A stretch of DNA of 24,023 nucleotides from Candidatus Nanohaloarchaea archaeon. GTDB taxonomy: Archaea; Nanohalarchaeota; Nanosalinia; Nanosalinales; Nanosalinaceae. The stretch lies in the NCBI GenBank assembly GCA_042217585.1, contig JBDGSJ010000015.1:9289-33311 (forward strand). Reading direction: 5' to 3'. A model generated the notes under the pieces. The model did no database searches. It had not been told where the DNA came from and saw only the letters and a program-made list of their open reading frames with translations. Both the position numbers and the translations under genes were made by a program. Below, one piece after another: positions 1 through 8,142 of this stretch (positions are counted from its first letter, which is position 1; each line of letters opens with the position of its first letter).

Positions 1-1
1 G

Positions 2-178
2 TCATCCCTCCATCTCGGTCTCCTTGATGTGGACTACGTCGTCCTCACGGACAGGGCCGCGGACGTTCCTCACGAGGATCTTTCCCTCCTCGTTTCCCTC
101 GAGGACCCTGCAGCGGACCTTGTTGACGGTCCTGTGGCCCTGCTGGTCCATCACTTCTATGACTTTTGCCTCTACCAT
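2..178 (-). CDS. rps28e: 30S ribosomal protein S28e (eS28), 58 aa
   Basis: Hand translation (not in ORF track): MVEAKVIEVMDQQGHRTVNKVRCRVLEGNEEGKILVRNVRGPVREDDVVHIKETEMEG*. Has the RNVRGPVRxxD signature and lies directly downstream of L7Ae, as in the conserved archaeal order. Confidence 0.95.
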   Translation of the reverse strand: MVEAKVIEVMDQQGHRTVNKVRCRVLEGNEEGKILVRNVRGPVREDDVVHIKETEMEG

Positions 179-181
179 CTT

Positions 182-553
182 TTACTCCTCTTTCTCTAGC
201 AGCTCACTGGCTTTTGAGGAGATATCCTCGACGTCTTCCTCGGCGTTGCCGGGGTTGGTGACTGCGACTGCCGCGGACTGGACGTTGAGTCCTGCCGCGA
301 GTCCCAGCTCTTCCTTGTCAGGGACGAAGGTGTAGGAGATGTCCCTTTCCTCGGCGAGCGAGGGGATGTGCATCACGATTTCCTCCGGGGAGACGTTTCC
401 GGCGATCACGACGAGTTCGGCCTCGTTCCTTTCGACGGCCTTCGTGACCTCGTTCGTGCCTTTGACGACCTCTCCGGTATCAAGTGCTTTTTCGACTGCA
501 TTGTAGGTCTGCTCTGCCAGGGTCTCTCCTGGTTCGAATTTCTGGTAAGCCAT
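182..553 (-). CDS. rpl7ae: 50S ribosomal protein L7Ae / K-turn binding protein
   Basis: KGTNEVTKAVER, LVVIAGNVSPEEIVMHIP and ELGLAAGL motifs; upstream of S28e. Confidence 0.97.
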   Translation of the reverse strand: MAYQKFEPGETLAEQTYNAVEKALDTGEVVKGTNEVTKAVERNEAELVVIAGNVSPEEIVMHIPSLAEERDISYTFVPDKEELGLAAGLNVQSAAVAVTNPGNAEEDVEDISSKASELLEKEE

Positions 554-562
554 TGTTTATCT

Positions 563-618
563 ACCTCTCGGGAAACCTCATCAAGGTTATACAGGGATAG
601 GTAGAGAACTTTTTTATA
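563..618 (-). promoter_or_regulatory. rpl7ae promoter (TATAAAAAA, 618-610) and 5' leader with predicted K-loop overlapping the SD
   Basis: Minus strand reads ACCUU-GA-UGAGGUUUCCC-GA-GAGGU (587-563): a 5-bp stem, tandem GA/GA pairs, and the SD-like GAGGU in the stem. Confidence 0.6.
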
Positions 619-634
619 CAGGGATGCCGGCTGT

Positions 635-862
635 CTACTGCTGTTCAGGGTCGAACTCGGCCAGCTTATCGTTCTCGATCCAGTCCATCTCCTCCTCGAG
701 GTCCCGTATCAGAAGATTGAGCCTGTGCTTCTGCCTGTCCGAGTCCGTGGGCATCCCTTCAAGTTCCTCGACTATCCTCTCCTTCAGGAACTCGACAAGT
801 TTCTGCCTCGAGTTTGCGTCCTTGAACTCTTCGAGCTTTTCCTCAAGAGCTTCTCTTTCCAT
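635..862 (-). CDS. Hypothetical small acidic helical protein (75 aa, MEREALEEKLEE...)
   Basis: Acidic composition matches the genome. ATG at 862 avoids overlap with the upstream gene and follows an A/T-rich box. No family recognised. Confidence 0.65.
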   Translation of the reverse strand: MEREALEEKLEEFKDANSRQKLVEFLKERIVEELEGMPTDSDRQKHRLNLLIRDLEEEMDWIENDKLAEFDPEQQ

Positions 863-887
863 GGAAAGAACTGGGGATATGAGACTT

Positions 888-1493
888 TTATTTTTCGTGT
901 GAGGTGACGATCTCCTGAATCGCCGATTTCCTCTGGTCGAACTCGTCAACGACTTCACGGGTCTCCTTGACGGTCTCGTCGTCCTCCTTCACACCGGTCC
1001 TGAGGTAGTCCATCAGGTCCTCCATGTCCCTGGAGAGATCCCTCATCTCGTTCAGCTTTTCTCTCATGTCCTTGAACCGGTCCACGGTAAGGAAGACCGT
1101 CTCCTCGTCGGCCCTCACCGGTTCGCCGCTTTCCCTTCCGGCTTCTTCCTGCGGTTCACTGTCTTCTTCCTCAAGGTCCTCCTGGATCCTGTCTAGCTGG
1201 TCCGTGGCCTTCCTCTCTGGCTCCGTTTCGGGACCGGACTGAGGCTCCTCGACATCGATTTCTGGCGAATCCTCCTCAAGGTCCTGAACAGGTTCGGCCT
1301 CAGGTTCCTCCCCTTCCTCTCCTGGGAAATCCTCTGGCTCGGGTACATCTTCACCGCTCAGGGCGTCCTCGGCAGACTTCTCTTCATCGTTATCTTCCTG
1401 TTCCGGGGCTTCTTCCTCGTCCCCTATCATGTTTTCGATCTCATCCATGTTTTCCTTCAGCTTCTCCTTGTCGTCGTCTCCGAGGTTGAACAT
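888..1493 (-). CDS. Hypothetical protein: very acidic disordered N-terminus and C-terminal helical hairpin/coiled coil
   Basis: Start reassigned to MFNLGDDD (ATG 1493), about 30 nt downstream of TTTTAAA. E/D/P-rich linker, then VFLTVDRFKDMREKLNEM... heptad region. Confidence 0.75.
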   Translation of the reverse strand: MFNLGDDDKEKLKENMDEIENMIGDEEEAPEQEDNDEEKSAEDALSGEDVPEPEDFPGEEGEEPEAEPVQDLEEDSPEIDVEEPQSGPETEPERKATDQLDRIQEDLEEEDSEPQEEAGRESGEPVRADEETVFLTVDRFKDMREKLNEMRDLSRDMEDLMDYLRTGVKEDDETVKETREVVDEFDQRKSAIQEIVTSHEK

Positions 1494-1540
1494 AGTCCTA
1501 CGATTGACTGGGTTCCGATCGGGTTTAAAATATTCGGTCC

Positions 1541-2077
1541 TCACCTGAACTTCTCGGCGTGTCGGCCGGATCTCTCAACGAAGCCATCTATCCTCTCTCT
1601 GTAGTCCTCGTCCAAAAGCTTCCCATCCTCAGAGAATACATCTGATACGTTGGATACCGCCAGGTCCGGTCCCGGGTGGCCGCCCAGCGCAAGCGTTACG
1701 TCGTGCAGATGGCTCTGTGATCTTACTCCGCCGAACCCGCCGCCTGAAACCGTCACGTACGAGAAAGGCATGTCGTCGTATTCCGGGTAGAGGTGGTCCA
1801 GCGCGTTCTTCAGGACTCCCGGGATGCTGTGGTTGTACTCCGGCGAGACGATAACGATCGCGTCGGAGTCCTCAACCGCCTGTCCGAACTCCTCGACCTC
1901 GGGGTCCGGGTCATCGGCCCTGTGGCGCCTGTTCTTCAGGAAGGGCATATCGTGTTCTTTGAGGTCGAACAGCCTGGTCTCGTGGTCCCTGGAGGAGAAA
2001 GCCCTGCATACCTCCCTTGCGGCGTGAACTGATTTCCTGCCCTCGCGGACCGTTCCGACCAGTACAAGAAACTTCAT
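1541..2077 (-). CDS. NAD(P)H-dependent FMN reductase (flavodoxin-like, ChrR/SsuE family)
   Basis: GTVREGRKS phosphate-binding loop, SPEYNHSIPGVLKNALD signature, SGGGFGG. Confidence 0.93.
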   Translation of the reverse strand: MKFLVLVGTVREGRKSVHAAREVCRAFSSRDHETRLFDLKEHDMPFLKNRRHRADDPDPEVEEFGQAVEDSDAIVIVSPEYNHSIPGVLKNALDHLYPEYDDMPFSYVTVSGGGFGGVRSQSHLHDVTLALGGHPGPDLAVSNVSDVFSEDGKLLDEDYRERIDGFVERSGRHAEKFR

Positions 2078-2082
2078 CCTAT

Positions 2083-2700
2083 CTATTCTTCGTCCTCTTC
2101 CTCTTCTCTCTGCTCCTCGGTCTTGAACTCCTCGAGTTCAAAGTTCGCTTCTTCGTCCGCCTGTTCCTTCATCTGGGAGGCGAGAAGGTAGAAGACCATG
2201 GAGAGGGAGTTCGCTCCCTTGTTGTTCGCGGGTATCACGAGGTCCAGGTTTTCCGTGCTGTTCTCCGAGTCGGCTATCCCTACGACCGGTATCTTGGCGC
2301 TGACGGCCTCTGTTACGGCCTGTCCGTCCTCCTCGGGGTCTGCCACGAGCACGACTTCAGGCTCTCTGAAGTTCTCTGACTGGGGATTTGTCAGCGTACC
2401 GGGCATGAACCTTCCCGTGAACGTATCGGCGCCGGTAGTCTCAGCGAATTTCTCTATCGGTCTGACAGACTCTTCCTTCCTGCCGACCACAAGTATGTTT
2501 TCCGGATCGTACCTTGAGAGGAACTTTGCCGCGTCCCTGATCCTTTCGTCGGTCTGGTCAAGATTCAGTATCGCGAGCTGGTTCTTCTTCACGTGGAAGA
2601 TGTACTTCTCCATCGATTTGTTCTGAGCCTTTGTCCCGATATGTACGCCGTGGGAGAGGTACTCTTCACGGTCTACCAGCATTTCCTCTTCGTCACTCAT
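2083..2700 (-). CDS. rps2: 30S ribosomal protein S2 (uS2, archaeal type)
   Basis: YLSHGVHIGTK, GRFMPGTLTNP and DLVIPANNKG motifs. Confidence 0.97.
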   Translation of the reverse strand: MSDEEEMLVDREEYLSHGVHIGTKAQNKSMEKYIFHVKKNQLAILNLDQTDERIRDAAKFLSRYDPENILVVGRKEESVRPIEKFAETTGADTFTGRFMPGTLTNPQSENFREPEVVLVADPEEDGQAVTEAVSAKIPVVGIADSENSTENLDLVIPANNKGANSLSMVFYLLASQMKEQADEEANFELEEFKTEEQREEEEDEE

Positions 2701-2806
2701 ACAGGCGCATTACAAGACAAATATTAAATAGGCCTCGCTTCTACCTACTTCACCCACTGCTGCGGGCCTGTTGAGAAGAAATAAGAAGGAAGAGGATGCG
2801 AGCCAA

Positions 2807-3799
2807 TCACTGGCTCTGCATCAGGTTGACAAGCCTGTCGACCGAGTCTTCGTAGGTGATCGTGACCTGTTTTCCATCCCTGGATACCTTGACCTTGTCC
2901 AGGGTTTCCTGTGCCTTCTCGTTCGAGGCCAGGGTCGAAAGCAGGGAGATACCTCCCTTGATGGCATCCTTGACGTCCTTTGCGGATTCGGTTCCGCCCG
3001 TCTCCATGTTCAGGTTTATGCCCACTTTGTTGCTATCGGTGTAGTAGGCGCCGGAGACATAGCTGATGTTCTTGAAGGCGGAGAGATCAGGTCCCATACC
3101 CATCGAACCCGAGGGAACCTGGCTCTCAGGTATGCGGGATGCGAACCTCACGTAGCCGTCCCTCGTGGACTCGTAGGCGGCCTTCAGTTCTCCGGAGAGG
3201 GGTTCTGAGTCCCCAACGCTGACGTCTATCGCGTCCTTGACCGCTTTCTCGGTTCCTACTGCGTACTCCCCGGTTCCTATCTCGGCGATCCAGAGCGACT
3301 GTCCTGACTGGCCCTGGACCACGCTCTCGCTCTTGGCGACGTAAACCGTTTTGCCTTTGTAGGTCCTCTCTGATAGGTTCTGGGGTGTTTCCTTCCTTAT
3401 GCTCTCGACGAGCGTGTCGAGGCTCCAGTCAGCGTGAGCTATCAGCCCGAAGTAGGACGTGCTTCCTGTCTGGTCGGGTATCTTGCCGTATGCCACGACC
3501 TCTTCCGTGTCACGTGGGTCTATACCCGACTTGTTCTCTATCTTGTCCAGAGCATCCTGAAGGCTGTTCGCCGATGTCTGGTAGCTCGGTGCGGTCTCCA
3601 GTGCCGTGTTGACCAGTTTCTTCGTTTCCTTATCCTGGAGGACCGACATGTCAACCTGTGCGACGTAATCCACTCCCGACGGTACCTGACTTACTGCCGG
3701 GGTCCCTGAACTGAGCAGACTTGTCTGAGTTACTATAACTGCGGTGCTCGTGCCTATTACAAACAGCAGAGCTGCGATGTACTTGAACTCGTTTCTCAT
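2807..3799 (-). CDS. Putative membrane-anchored/secreted surface protein of unknown function
   Basis: N-terminal basic residues plus hydrophobic stretch (KYIAALLFVIGTSTAVIV); S/T-rich; N-x-S sequons NKS, NLS and NIS; own TTTAAAA box upstream. Confidence 0.8.
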   Translation of the reverse strand: MRNEFKYIAALLFVIGTSTAVIVTQTSLLSSGTPAVSQVPSGVDYVAQVDMSVLQDKETKKLVNTALETAPSYQTSANSLQDALDKIENKSGIDPRDTEEVVAYGKIPDQTGSTSYFGLIAHADWSLDTLVESIRKETPQNLSERTYKGKTVYVAKSESVVQGQSGQSLWIAEIGTGEYAVGTEKAVKDAIDVSVGDSEPLSGELKAAYESTRDGYVRFASRIPESQVPSGSMGMGPDLSAFKNISYVSGAYYTDSNKVGINLNMETGGTESAKDVKDAIKGGISLLSTLASNEKAQETLDKVKVSRDGKQVTITYEDSVDRLVNLMQSQ

Positions 3800-3873
3800 A
3801 TCAAGTTATCGGTACTCTTACCTTTTAAACTCTACCGGACGCGTCTTCACCACTTTAACTCCCTCCTCTGTGT

Positions 3874-4998
3874 TTATCTGGGGGTGTTCATCTCAGGTTC
3901 ATCCTTCATGTCCCAGAGCCTGAGAAGCCTGTTCAGCTTCGCGATCCTTATATCCGCTATCCCGGCCTTTATTATCGGTGTCTCCCATTCCAGCGACAGG
4001 TCCGATATCGTGGCGTCACACGTCTCCCCGGACCGGTGGGATATCACAGGGGTGTAGTTGTTCTCCTGTGCGAGTTCGACGGTTTCCCGGGCGTCGCTAA
4101 CGGTACCTATCTGGTTCGGCTTCACTATGAGGGAGTTACAGGCCCCGTTCTCGATGCCTTCCTGGAGGCGGTCCCTGTCTGTCGTGAAGAGGTCGTCCCC
4201 GCAGATCATCACGTCGGGGTTCTCCCTGGTCAGTTTCGCGTGCATCCTGAAATCGTGCTCGTCGAACGGGTCCTCGACGTAGACGAGATCGAACTCGTCT
4301 ATGATTTTCTGGACGAAATCCTTCATCTCTTCCGGGGTGTACCTGCTGTTCATCGAGGAGAGGTGGTACTCGCCGTCCTCGTGGAACTCTGATGCTGCGA
4401 TGTCCAGGCCTATCCTTGCGTCGTGTTCGTCTGCTACCTTCTTGAGCGCTTTCAGGGTCTGCTCGTCGTCCATCGATGTTATGAGGGCGCCCTCGTCGTT
4501 CATACCCATGACTTTCTGGGAGTACCTTTCCTGCATCTCCTGGTAGATGCTGACGTTGGTCTCTATGGCTTCGGGAAAGCTGTCAGCGTTTACGGGGAGG
4601 ACCAGGAACTCCTGTATCGCCGTGTTGCCGCCGTGTTCCCCTCCTCCTATGATGTTGCTCAGCGGAAGAGGGAAGAGGTCGCCGTGGTCGAAGCCCGAGG
4701 CGTTCTTGAAGGCGAAGCTGGAGGCGATGGAGGCCGCTCCAAGTCTTGAGAAATCTCCGGTGTCGTCAATCTCGTGTAGCCTCCTGTCGAACTCCTCCTG
4801 CGTCAGGTCCTCGCCCTCCATCTGCTGGAGGAGGTCCTGTATCTCGTCAAGATGTTCCGGTACAAAGCATTTCGCCTCGTTCTCTCCGGTAGAGGCCCCT
4901 GAAGGCGCCTTGCCGTAAGAGCCGTTTATCTCGGCTTCGACGGTTTTGCTGGTCCTCGAGTCGATTATCTCCCTTAGAAGAAGGGTGTCGATCTTCAT
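3874..4998 (-). CDS. eno: Enolase (compact, 374 aa)
   Basis: PSGASTG, GGEH, IQEF, DEG, GLDIAASEF, VEDPFDE, GDDLF, VKPNQIGT and SHRSGET motifs. Confidence 0.95.
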   Translation of the reverse strand: MKIDTLLLREIIDSRTSKTVEAEINGSYGKAPSGASTGENEAKCFVPEHLDEIQDLLQQMEGEDLTQEEFDRRLHEIDDTGDFSRLGAASIASSFAFKNASGFDHGDLFPLPLSNIIGGGEHGGNTAIQEFLVLPVNADSFPEAIETNVSIYQEMQERYSQKVMGMNDEGALITSMDDEQTLKALKKVADEHDARIGLDIAASEFHEDGEYHLSSMNSRYTPEEMKDFVQKIIDEFDLVYVEDPFDEHDFRMHAKLTRENPDVMICGDDLFTTDRDRLQEGIENGACNSLIVKPNQIGTVSDARETVELAQENNYTPVISHRSGETCDATISDLSLEWETPIIKAGIADIRIAKLNRLLRLWDMKDEPEMNTPR

Positions 4999-5062
4999 GT
5001 CCAGGGATTGGCTCTACTCGTTTAAAGTGATTCCGCAGAGAAAGTAAAAAAGGGTATATGGA

Positions 5063-5230
5063 TCAGGCGCTGACAGTGATCGGAAGCTTCTCTTCCTCCA
5101 TCTCCTTTCTCGCTATATCGATCGGCTTCTCGAGGTCCTCCGCGTCCACGAACGCTGGAGCCCCCATCGCCAGTTGAAGGGTCCTCGCTCCCAGGACCCT
5201 CGCCTTCTCGTATCTCGTGCACTCCGTCAT
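5063..5230 (-). CDS. rpoK: DNA-directed RNA polymerase subunit K (Rpo6), 55 aa
   Basis: Hand translation: MTECTRYEKARVLGARTLQLAMGAPAFVDAEDLEKPIDIARKEMEEEKLPITVSA*. TRYEKARxxGARxLQ signature; upstream of eno. Confidence 0.96.
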   Translation of the reverse strand: MTECTRYEKARVLGARTLQLAMGAPAFVDAEDLEKPIDIARKEMEEEKLPITVSA

Positions 5231-5235
5231 CGGAT

Positions 5236-6006
5236 TCACCCTATGTATCCCAGGTCAGGTCCGCCCTGCTGGCTTTCCTGGTCCGGGTTCTGTTTGTTCT
5301 GGATGTTCTTAAGCTTTTTAAGGACGTCCTGTGATTCCTCGACTTTCTCGTCCAGCGCGGAGTAGTCTATGTCCTCTTCCAGTATGTCCTCGAGCACCTT
5401 CAGGACCTCTTCGGTCGACTTGGGGTCGCTCATCAGGAATCCGGGTGTCTCCCCGAGCAGGCAGAGACCCTCGTATCCTCGCTTCTCCCCGAGGCCGATT
5501 ATCAGGCCCGAGGCTCCGACCACCTGCCCTATCTCGCTGTCGAACCTGATGTCGTGCTCCGAGTACTTCTCCTTCTGGTCCGTGGAGCTTGCGGCGGCGA
5601 GGACGTCGGGGTCCTCGACGACTTCTCCGGTGCCGTATCCCCCGACCGTGATTATCTCTCTGGCGTCTACCCTCTCTATGAACTCCAGCACTTTCTCTGC
5701 TACCTCGTAATGACCCTGCGAGGTCGATGCCTGGGCGTTCCCCTCCAGGAAAACGAGGTCGGGTTTCTCATCTCTCTTCAGTTCGTATATGTTGTTGTTT
5801 ATGACGTCCACCGTGTTGTCGTCACTTACGATGGTGTACGGCGGGAAGTGATGGGAGTGTATCTCTCCCACCTTCTCGGCCTCCAGGTGATCCGCCAGGT
5901 AGCTCACGGTGTTCCTTCCTATGTGGCCTATACCGGCAAGTCCTTCGATTAATATCGGGTTTTCGGCTTCGGGCTCCTTTGTGATCTCGATAGTTGTGGA
6001 CTCCAT
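5236..6006 (-). CDS. PAC2-family proteasome assembly chaperone homolog
   Basis: LIEGLAGIGHIG, ITVGGYG, GASGLIIG, CLLGETPG and DPK motifs; conserved position after Nop10. Confidence 0.92.
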   Translation of the reverse strand: MESTTIEITKEPEAENPILIEGLAGIGHIGRNTVSYLADHLEAEKVGEIHSHHFPPYTIVSDDNTVDVINNNIYELKRDEKPDLVFLEGNAQASTSQGHYEVAEKVLEFIERVDAREIITVGGYGTGEVVEDPDVLAAASSTDQKEKYSEHDIRFDSEIGQVVGASGLIIGLGEKRGYEGLCLLGETPGFLMSDPKSTEEVLKVLEDILEEDIDYSALDEKVEESQDVLKKLKNIQNKQNPDQESQQGGPDLGYIG

Positions 6007-6009
6007 GTT

Positions 6010-6171
6010 CTATTCTACCTCGTTGCCTTCCATCTGGCGTTTGGTCTTCCTCCTGTACTCCCCATAGTTATCAGGGAATGAAAACTTTGGGGGACGCGGG
6101 CTCTCAGTTTCCTCCCCGCAGTGCTCGTCCTGTAGCGTGTAGGACCCGCATTCAGTGCATCTGAGTATCAT
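6010..6171 (-). CDS. nop10: H/ACA RNP protein Nop10, 53 aa
   Basis: Hand translation: MILRCTECGSYTLQDEHCGEETESPRPPKFSFPDNYGEYRRKTKRQMEGNEVE*. CxxCGxYTL and PPKFS..D.YG.YRR signature; lies between aIF2alpha and PAC2. Confidence 0.95.
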   Translation of the reverse strand: MILRCTECGSYTLQDEHCGEETESPRPPKFSFPDNYGEYRRKTKRQMEGNEVE

Positions 6172-6172
6172 C

Positions 6173-6928
6173 TCAGGCCCTCTGGAACTCGAACTCTCCG
6201 CCCAGTTCGCCTGCTTTTTCCTCCGTTTTCTTCCTGACGCGCTCCATCCTCTTCTTCGCGAGCTCCTGGGTCCTTCCCCAGGCGGTGACGGAGTACCTGG
6301 GCGCCGATATGTAGTTGACCTCGACTCCCTCTCCGATGTCCTCGAAGGTCTTCATTATCCGGTCAAGTCCGTCACCCCCGCTGAACTCAAGGGTTATCTC
6401 GGCCTCGAGCTTCTCCTGCTTCAGGTCTATGTTCTCCATCGCGACCTCCTGGACCGCCTCGACGACTTCCTCATCGAAGAGCTCCAGAAGCCGGTCCTCC
6501 TCGGCGTTCGCTATCTCGAATCCGTGGAAGCAGGACCCGAACTCCCTCTGCATAGGGAAGACCACATCCCCATAGAGGTCCTCTTTATCCTCGTCAAGTC
6601 GGTCGGCTAGCTCCTCGATGAAGCTCTCCGCCTTCTGCTCCTTGCTCCAGCGGGCCATCGTCTCCCGCTTCTGCTTATCGTTTACACGTTTGAGCGACAG
6701 TCCGAGACTGCCGTCCTCGACATCAACGACCTGTGCGACCGTTTTCTCTCCTTCATCTATCTCCTTCCTCAGGTCCTGCACCCAGGACCTCGATGCCTCG
6801 GAGATGTGTATGAGGCCTTTCTGGTCCGGGTACTCGTCCAGGTCGGCGTAGGCCGAGTTCTTATCTACATCAGTCAGCGTGATTACGACGTAATCTCCCT
6901 CGTCCGGTTTTTCCTTGTACCAGCGCAT
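6173..6928 (-). CDS. eif2a: Translation initiation factor 2 subunit alpha (aIF-2alpha)
   Basis: N-terminal S1 domain (PDEGDYVV, AYADLDEY, GLIHISE..SWV, LSLKRV) and C-terminal YISAPRY. Confidence 0.95.
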   Translation of the reverse strand: MRWYKEKPDEGDYVVITLTDVDKNSAYADLDEYPDQKGLIHISEASRSWVQDLRKEIDEGEKTVAQVVDVEDGSLGLSLKRVNDKQKRETMARWSKEQKAESFIEELADRLDEDKEDLYGDVVFPMQREFGSCFHGFEIANAEEDRLLELFDEEVVEAVQEVAMENIDLKQEKLEAEITLEFSGGDGLDRIMKTFEDIGEGVEVNYISAPRYSVTAWGRTQELAKKRMERVRKKTEEKAGELGGEFEFQRA

Positions 6929-6973
6929 AGAGGGAAAACAGAAAGTGATTCTTAAAAGGGAATCGGGAGTTCT

Positions 6974-7147
6974 CTACTCGACCTCGAACTCCTCGACTAC
7001 CTGACCGGCCAGTTCGACCTTTCCGCCGGTCGGGGTCCCGAGTTCCTCCGAGCAGACCAGGCACTCCACGCGGGTCGACGCACGTGAGAAGACCACCTGC
7101 TCGTTCCCGCACTCGTCACATTCTACCCTGAGGAAGTTTCTTGCCAT
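6974..7147 (-). CDS. rps27e: 30S ribosomal protein S27e, 57 aa
   Basis: Hand translation: MARNFLRVECDECGNEQVVFSRASTRVECLVCSEELGTPTGGKVELAGQVVEEFEVE*. C4 zinc ribbon and PTGGK. Confidence 0.97.
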   Translation of the reverse strand: MARNFLRVECDECGNEQVVFSRASTRVECLVCSEELGTPTGGKVELAGQVVEEFEVE

Positions 7148-7153
7148 TCTTAT

Positions 7154-7456
7154 TCACCTCTCGATCTCGAACTTCGCAGCTCTTATGGAATTCTTGGGTT
7201 TCCACGACTTCCCGCACTCGTTGCAGGAGAACTGGAGGTCCTTCTTGCTGGAGGTCGGGTTGCTTCCCCCGCGGCTCCTGTTCGAGGGGTCCTCGAACGG
7301 GAAGGAACCGTAGCCGTGGTCGATCTTCCTCTGCCTCTTCCTGTGCTTCTTGCTCATCGGACTCGTGGACCTGTTGGTGACTTCCTTGACGGTCTGGTCC
7401 GTGTGAGTGTCGCAGTTGGGGCAGTACCTCCTCTGCTCTTTTGGTATCTTGACCAT
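7154..7456 (-). CDS. rpl44e: 50S ribosomal protein L44e (eL42)
   Basis: MVKIPKEQRRYCPNCDTHT and KKDLQFSCNECGK; upstream of S27e. Confidence 0.95.
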   Translation of the reverse strand: MVKIPKEQRRYCPNCDTHTDQTVKEVTNRSTSPMSKKHRKRQRKIDHGYGSFPFEDPSNRSRGGSNPTSSKKDLQFSCNECGKSWKPKNSIRAAKFEIER

Positions 7457-7499
7457 AACCCTACCGGCGGGTTTAAACTTTAAAAGACCTTGCTGGAGG

Positions 7500-8141
7500 T
7501 CACTCCGGGACTATCTCTGTCCCGTCCGCGTTCTCCGGATCCTCGATGTTCTCAAGAGTTCCCCTGAAGACCTGGGTCCTGGTCCCGGACCGCTCGATTA
7601 TCTGGACCGCGGTCGAGTCCACTAGTTCGTGCCTCCCTGCGCGGTTGTTCCCCGAGATTATCTCCCTCAGTTCCCTGGTCGAGACCTGTTCCAGCTTTTC
7701 GGTTTCCGGGTCTTTCGGGTCTCCCGAGTAGACCCCGTCGATGCTGGTCGCGATGTACAGGTCCGCCTCTGTTATCTCCGCGGCTATCGCAGCGACCGCG
7801 TCCGTGGAGTGTCCCGGTGTCAGTCCTCCCATTACGACGTCGTGACCGGTCGAGGCAGCCTCCCTGATGCCGTCGGCTGTCTCCGGTATCGATGGGTATG
7901 CGTCGTCCATCGCGGTCATCAGGGTGTGGGCGTTCAGACGGGTCGCCTGTATCCCGACGAGGTCCTGCTCTCCCTGGTTCCCGAACTCGCCCGCGGCGTA
8001 TATGTACTTCTTCAGGCCTCCCGCGCCCGTCACCACGAGGACCTGTCCCTCGTGGCTGTCCAGCGCTTCCGCGAGCTCTCCGAGTTCCTCCAGATTGTCC
8101 GTTATCAGGGAGCCCGAGACCGCGAAGACCTTCTCCACCAT
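7500..8141 (-). CDS. pyrH: Uridylate kinase (archaeal type, amino-acid-kinase fold)
   Basis: Start reassigned to MVEKVF (8141), just after the GINS stop. DLVGIQATRLNA, MGGLTPGHSTDAVAA and TSIDGVYSGDP motifs. Confidence 0.92.
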   Translation of the reverse strand: MVEKVFAVSGSLITDNLEELGELAEALDSHEGQVLVVTGAGGLKKYIYAAGEFGNQGEQDLVGIQATRLNAHTLMTAMDDAYPSIPETADGIREAASTGHDVVMGGLTPGHSTDAVAAIAAEITEADLYIATSIDGVYSGDPKDPETEKLEQVSTRELREIISGNNRAGRHELVDSTAVQIIERSGTRTQVFRGTLENIEDPENADGTEIVPE

Positions 8142-8142
8142 C

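Noticed and set aside
2730..2775. Possible structured RNA upstream of rps2 (short GC hairpin, AGGCC/GGCCT arms)
   Set aside because: Stems are short and lie upstream of the rps2 TATA box; no recognisable family.
5022..5222. 66-aa minus-strand ORF in the track
   Set aside because: Wrong frame; the real gene here is rpoK (5063-5230).
6870..7112. 80-aa minus-strand ORF in the track
   Set aside because: Alternative frame over rps27e (6974-7147) and the aIF2alpha start.
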